Positions 1 to 437 of a stretch of 437 nt of DNA are shown here, in pieces (the first letter of the stretch is position 1; each line of letters begins with the position of its first letter). Both the position numbers and the translations under genes were made by a program. The notes under the pieces are model-generated. The model worked only from the letters and a program-made list of their open reading frames with translations. It ran no database searches and had not been told where the DNA came from. The stretch is from Escherichia coli. GTDB lineage: Bacteria; Pseudomonadota; Gammaproteobacteria; Enterobacterales; Enterobacteriaceae. The stretch lies in NCBI RefSeq assembly GCF_003334765.1, contig NZ_QOWT01000123.1. One strand, given 5' to 3'.

Positions 1-437
1 AACAGGTCGTGATGCTTACCGAAGAACTGCTGCCTTATCCGCATAATCCGGCAAGCATTGAGCAAGATCAGGTTGATCTGATCGTCAAAGTTGATCGCGT
101 TGGCGATGCTGCAAAAATCGGCGCTGGTGCTACCCGTATGACCACTAACCCGCGCGAACTGCTTATTGCCCGTAGCGCTGCGGATGTGATTGTTAACTCT
201 GGCTACTTCAAAGAAGGTTTCTCCATGCAGACCGGCACCGGCGGCGCTTCGCTGGCGGTAACCCGTTTCCTGGAAGACAAAATGCGTAGCCGCGATATTC
301 GCGCCGACTTCGCCCTCGGCGGTATTACCGCAACGATGGTTGATCTGCACGAAAAAGGTTTGATCCGCAAACTGCTGGATGTGCAGAGCTTTGACAGCCA
401 TGCTGCGCAATCGCTGGCCCGTAACCCCAATCACATC
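1..437 (+). CDS. citF: Citrate lyase alpha subunit (citrate CoA-transferase, EC 2.8.3.10), internal fragment truncated at both window edges; codon phase begins at nt 3
   Basis: Seen in sequence: the + strand frame starting at nt 3 is open for all 145 codons to nt 437, while the other two + frames hit stops within the first 50 nt (TGA at 8-10, TAA at 44-46). Codon choice is typical of E. coli-like coding DNA (CTG Leu, CCG Pro, CGT/CGC Arg, GGC/GGT Gly, AAA Lys, GAA Glu). Established knowledge, recalled and not searched: the translation, including the segment GFSMQTGTGGASLAVTRFLEDKMRSRDIRADFALGGITATMVDLHEKGLIRKLLDVQSFDSHAAQSLARNPNHI, corresponds to the middle of the ~510-aa E. coli CitF. No start or stop codon lies in the window, so the true gene boundaries are outside it. 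Confidence 0.85.

Noticed and set aside
4-14. In-frame ATG at 12-14 preceded by an AGG at 4-6, which could be read as a weak Shine-Dalgarno plus start codon
   Set aside because: The same reading frame is already open upstream of it (Q-V-V before the Met), and the recalled CitF protein continues upstream of this Met (…VVMLTEELL…), so this is an internal methionine. AGG alone is a poor ribosome-binding site. Sequence upstream of the window would settle it.
71-80. Exact 10-bp direct repeat GGTTGATCTG at 71-80 and again at 338-347
   Set aside because: Both copies sit in the same codon phase and encode Val-Asp-Leu (GTT GAT CTG) after a codon ending in G (CAG, ATG). The repeat is fully explained by a recurring tripeptide with the same preferred codons. 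There is no flanking similarity to suggest a mobile-element or recombination-site repeat.
302-321. Short inverted repeat CGCCGA (302-307) and TCGGCG (316-321) that could form a 6-bp stem with an 8-nt loop
   Set aside because: The stem is short and lies in the middle of the coding sequence. It is not followed by a U-rich tract, so it is not a Rho-independent terminator. GC-rich Ala/Arg/Gly codons (RADFALGG) produce such palindromes readily by chance.
203-430. 75-aa ORF on the minus strand from the supplied six-frame track (MGLRASDCAAWLSKLCTSSSLRIKPFSCRSTIVAVIPPRAKSARISRLRILSSRKRVTASEAPPVPVCMEKPSLK)
   Set aside because: It lies entirely antisense to the strongly supported citF frame. Its composition is Ser/Arg/Ala/Pro-rich and low-complexity, as expected for the reverse complement of a coding strand with G/C-rich third positions. 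I see no convincing ribosome-binding site upstream of its start on the minus strand, and the product resembles nothing I recognise. It is a classic shadow ORF.
1-437. Possibility raised by the prompt that the window holds a novel defence or accessory system
   Set aside because: The whole window is accounted for by one continuous, well-conserved metabolic gene with native-looking codon usage. I see no intergenic space, no repeat array, no unassigned ORF and no sign of disruption.

Overview
The whole 437-bp window is an internal fragment of one protein-coding gene on the + strand, with codon phase starting at nt 3 and no stop codon through nt 437, so the gene is cut off at both ends. Its 145-codon translation (QVVMLTEELLPYPHNPASIEQDQVDLIVKVDRVGDAAKIGAGATRMTTNPRELLIARSAADVIVNSGYFKEGFSMQTGTGGASLAVTRFLEDKMRSRDIRADFALGGITATMVDLHEKGLIRKLLDVQSFDSHAAQSLARNPNHI) matches, from memory, the central part of the citrate lyase alpha subunit (CitF, citrate CoA-transferase) of Escherichia coli and close relatives. 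Codon usage looks enterobacterial. I see no RNA gene, mobile element, CRISPR repeat, promoter or terminator. The one ORF on the supplied track (203..430, minus strand) is an antisense shadow of citF. Despite the prompt, I find no evidence of a novel or undescribed system here; this is an ordinary core-metabolism coding region. The only mildly unusual sequence feature is a dense cluster of GATC (Dam) sites at nt 66-96, most likely a by-product of the encoded peptide.
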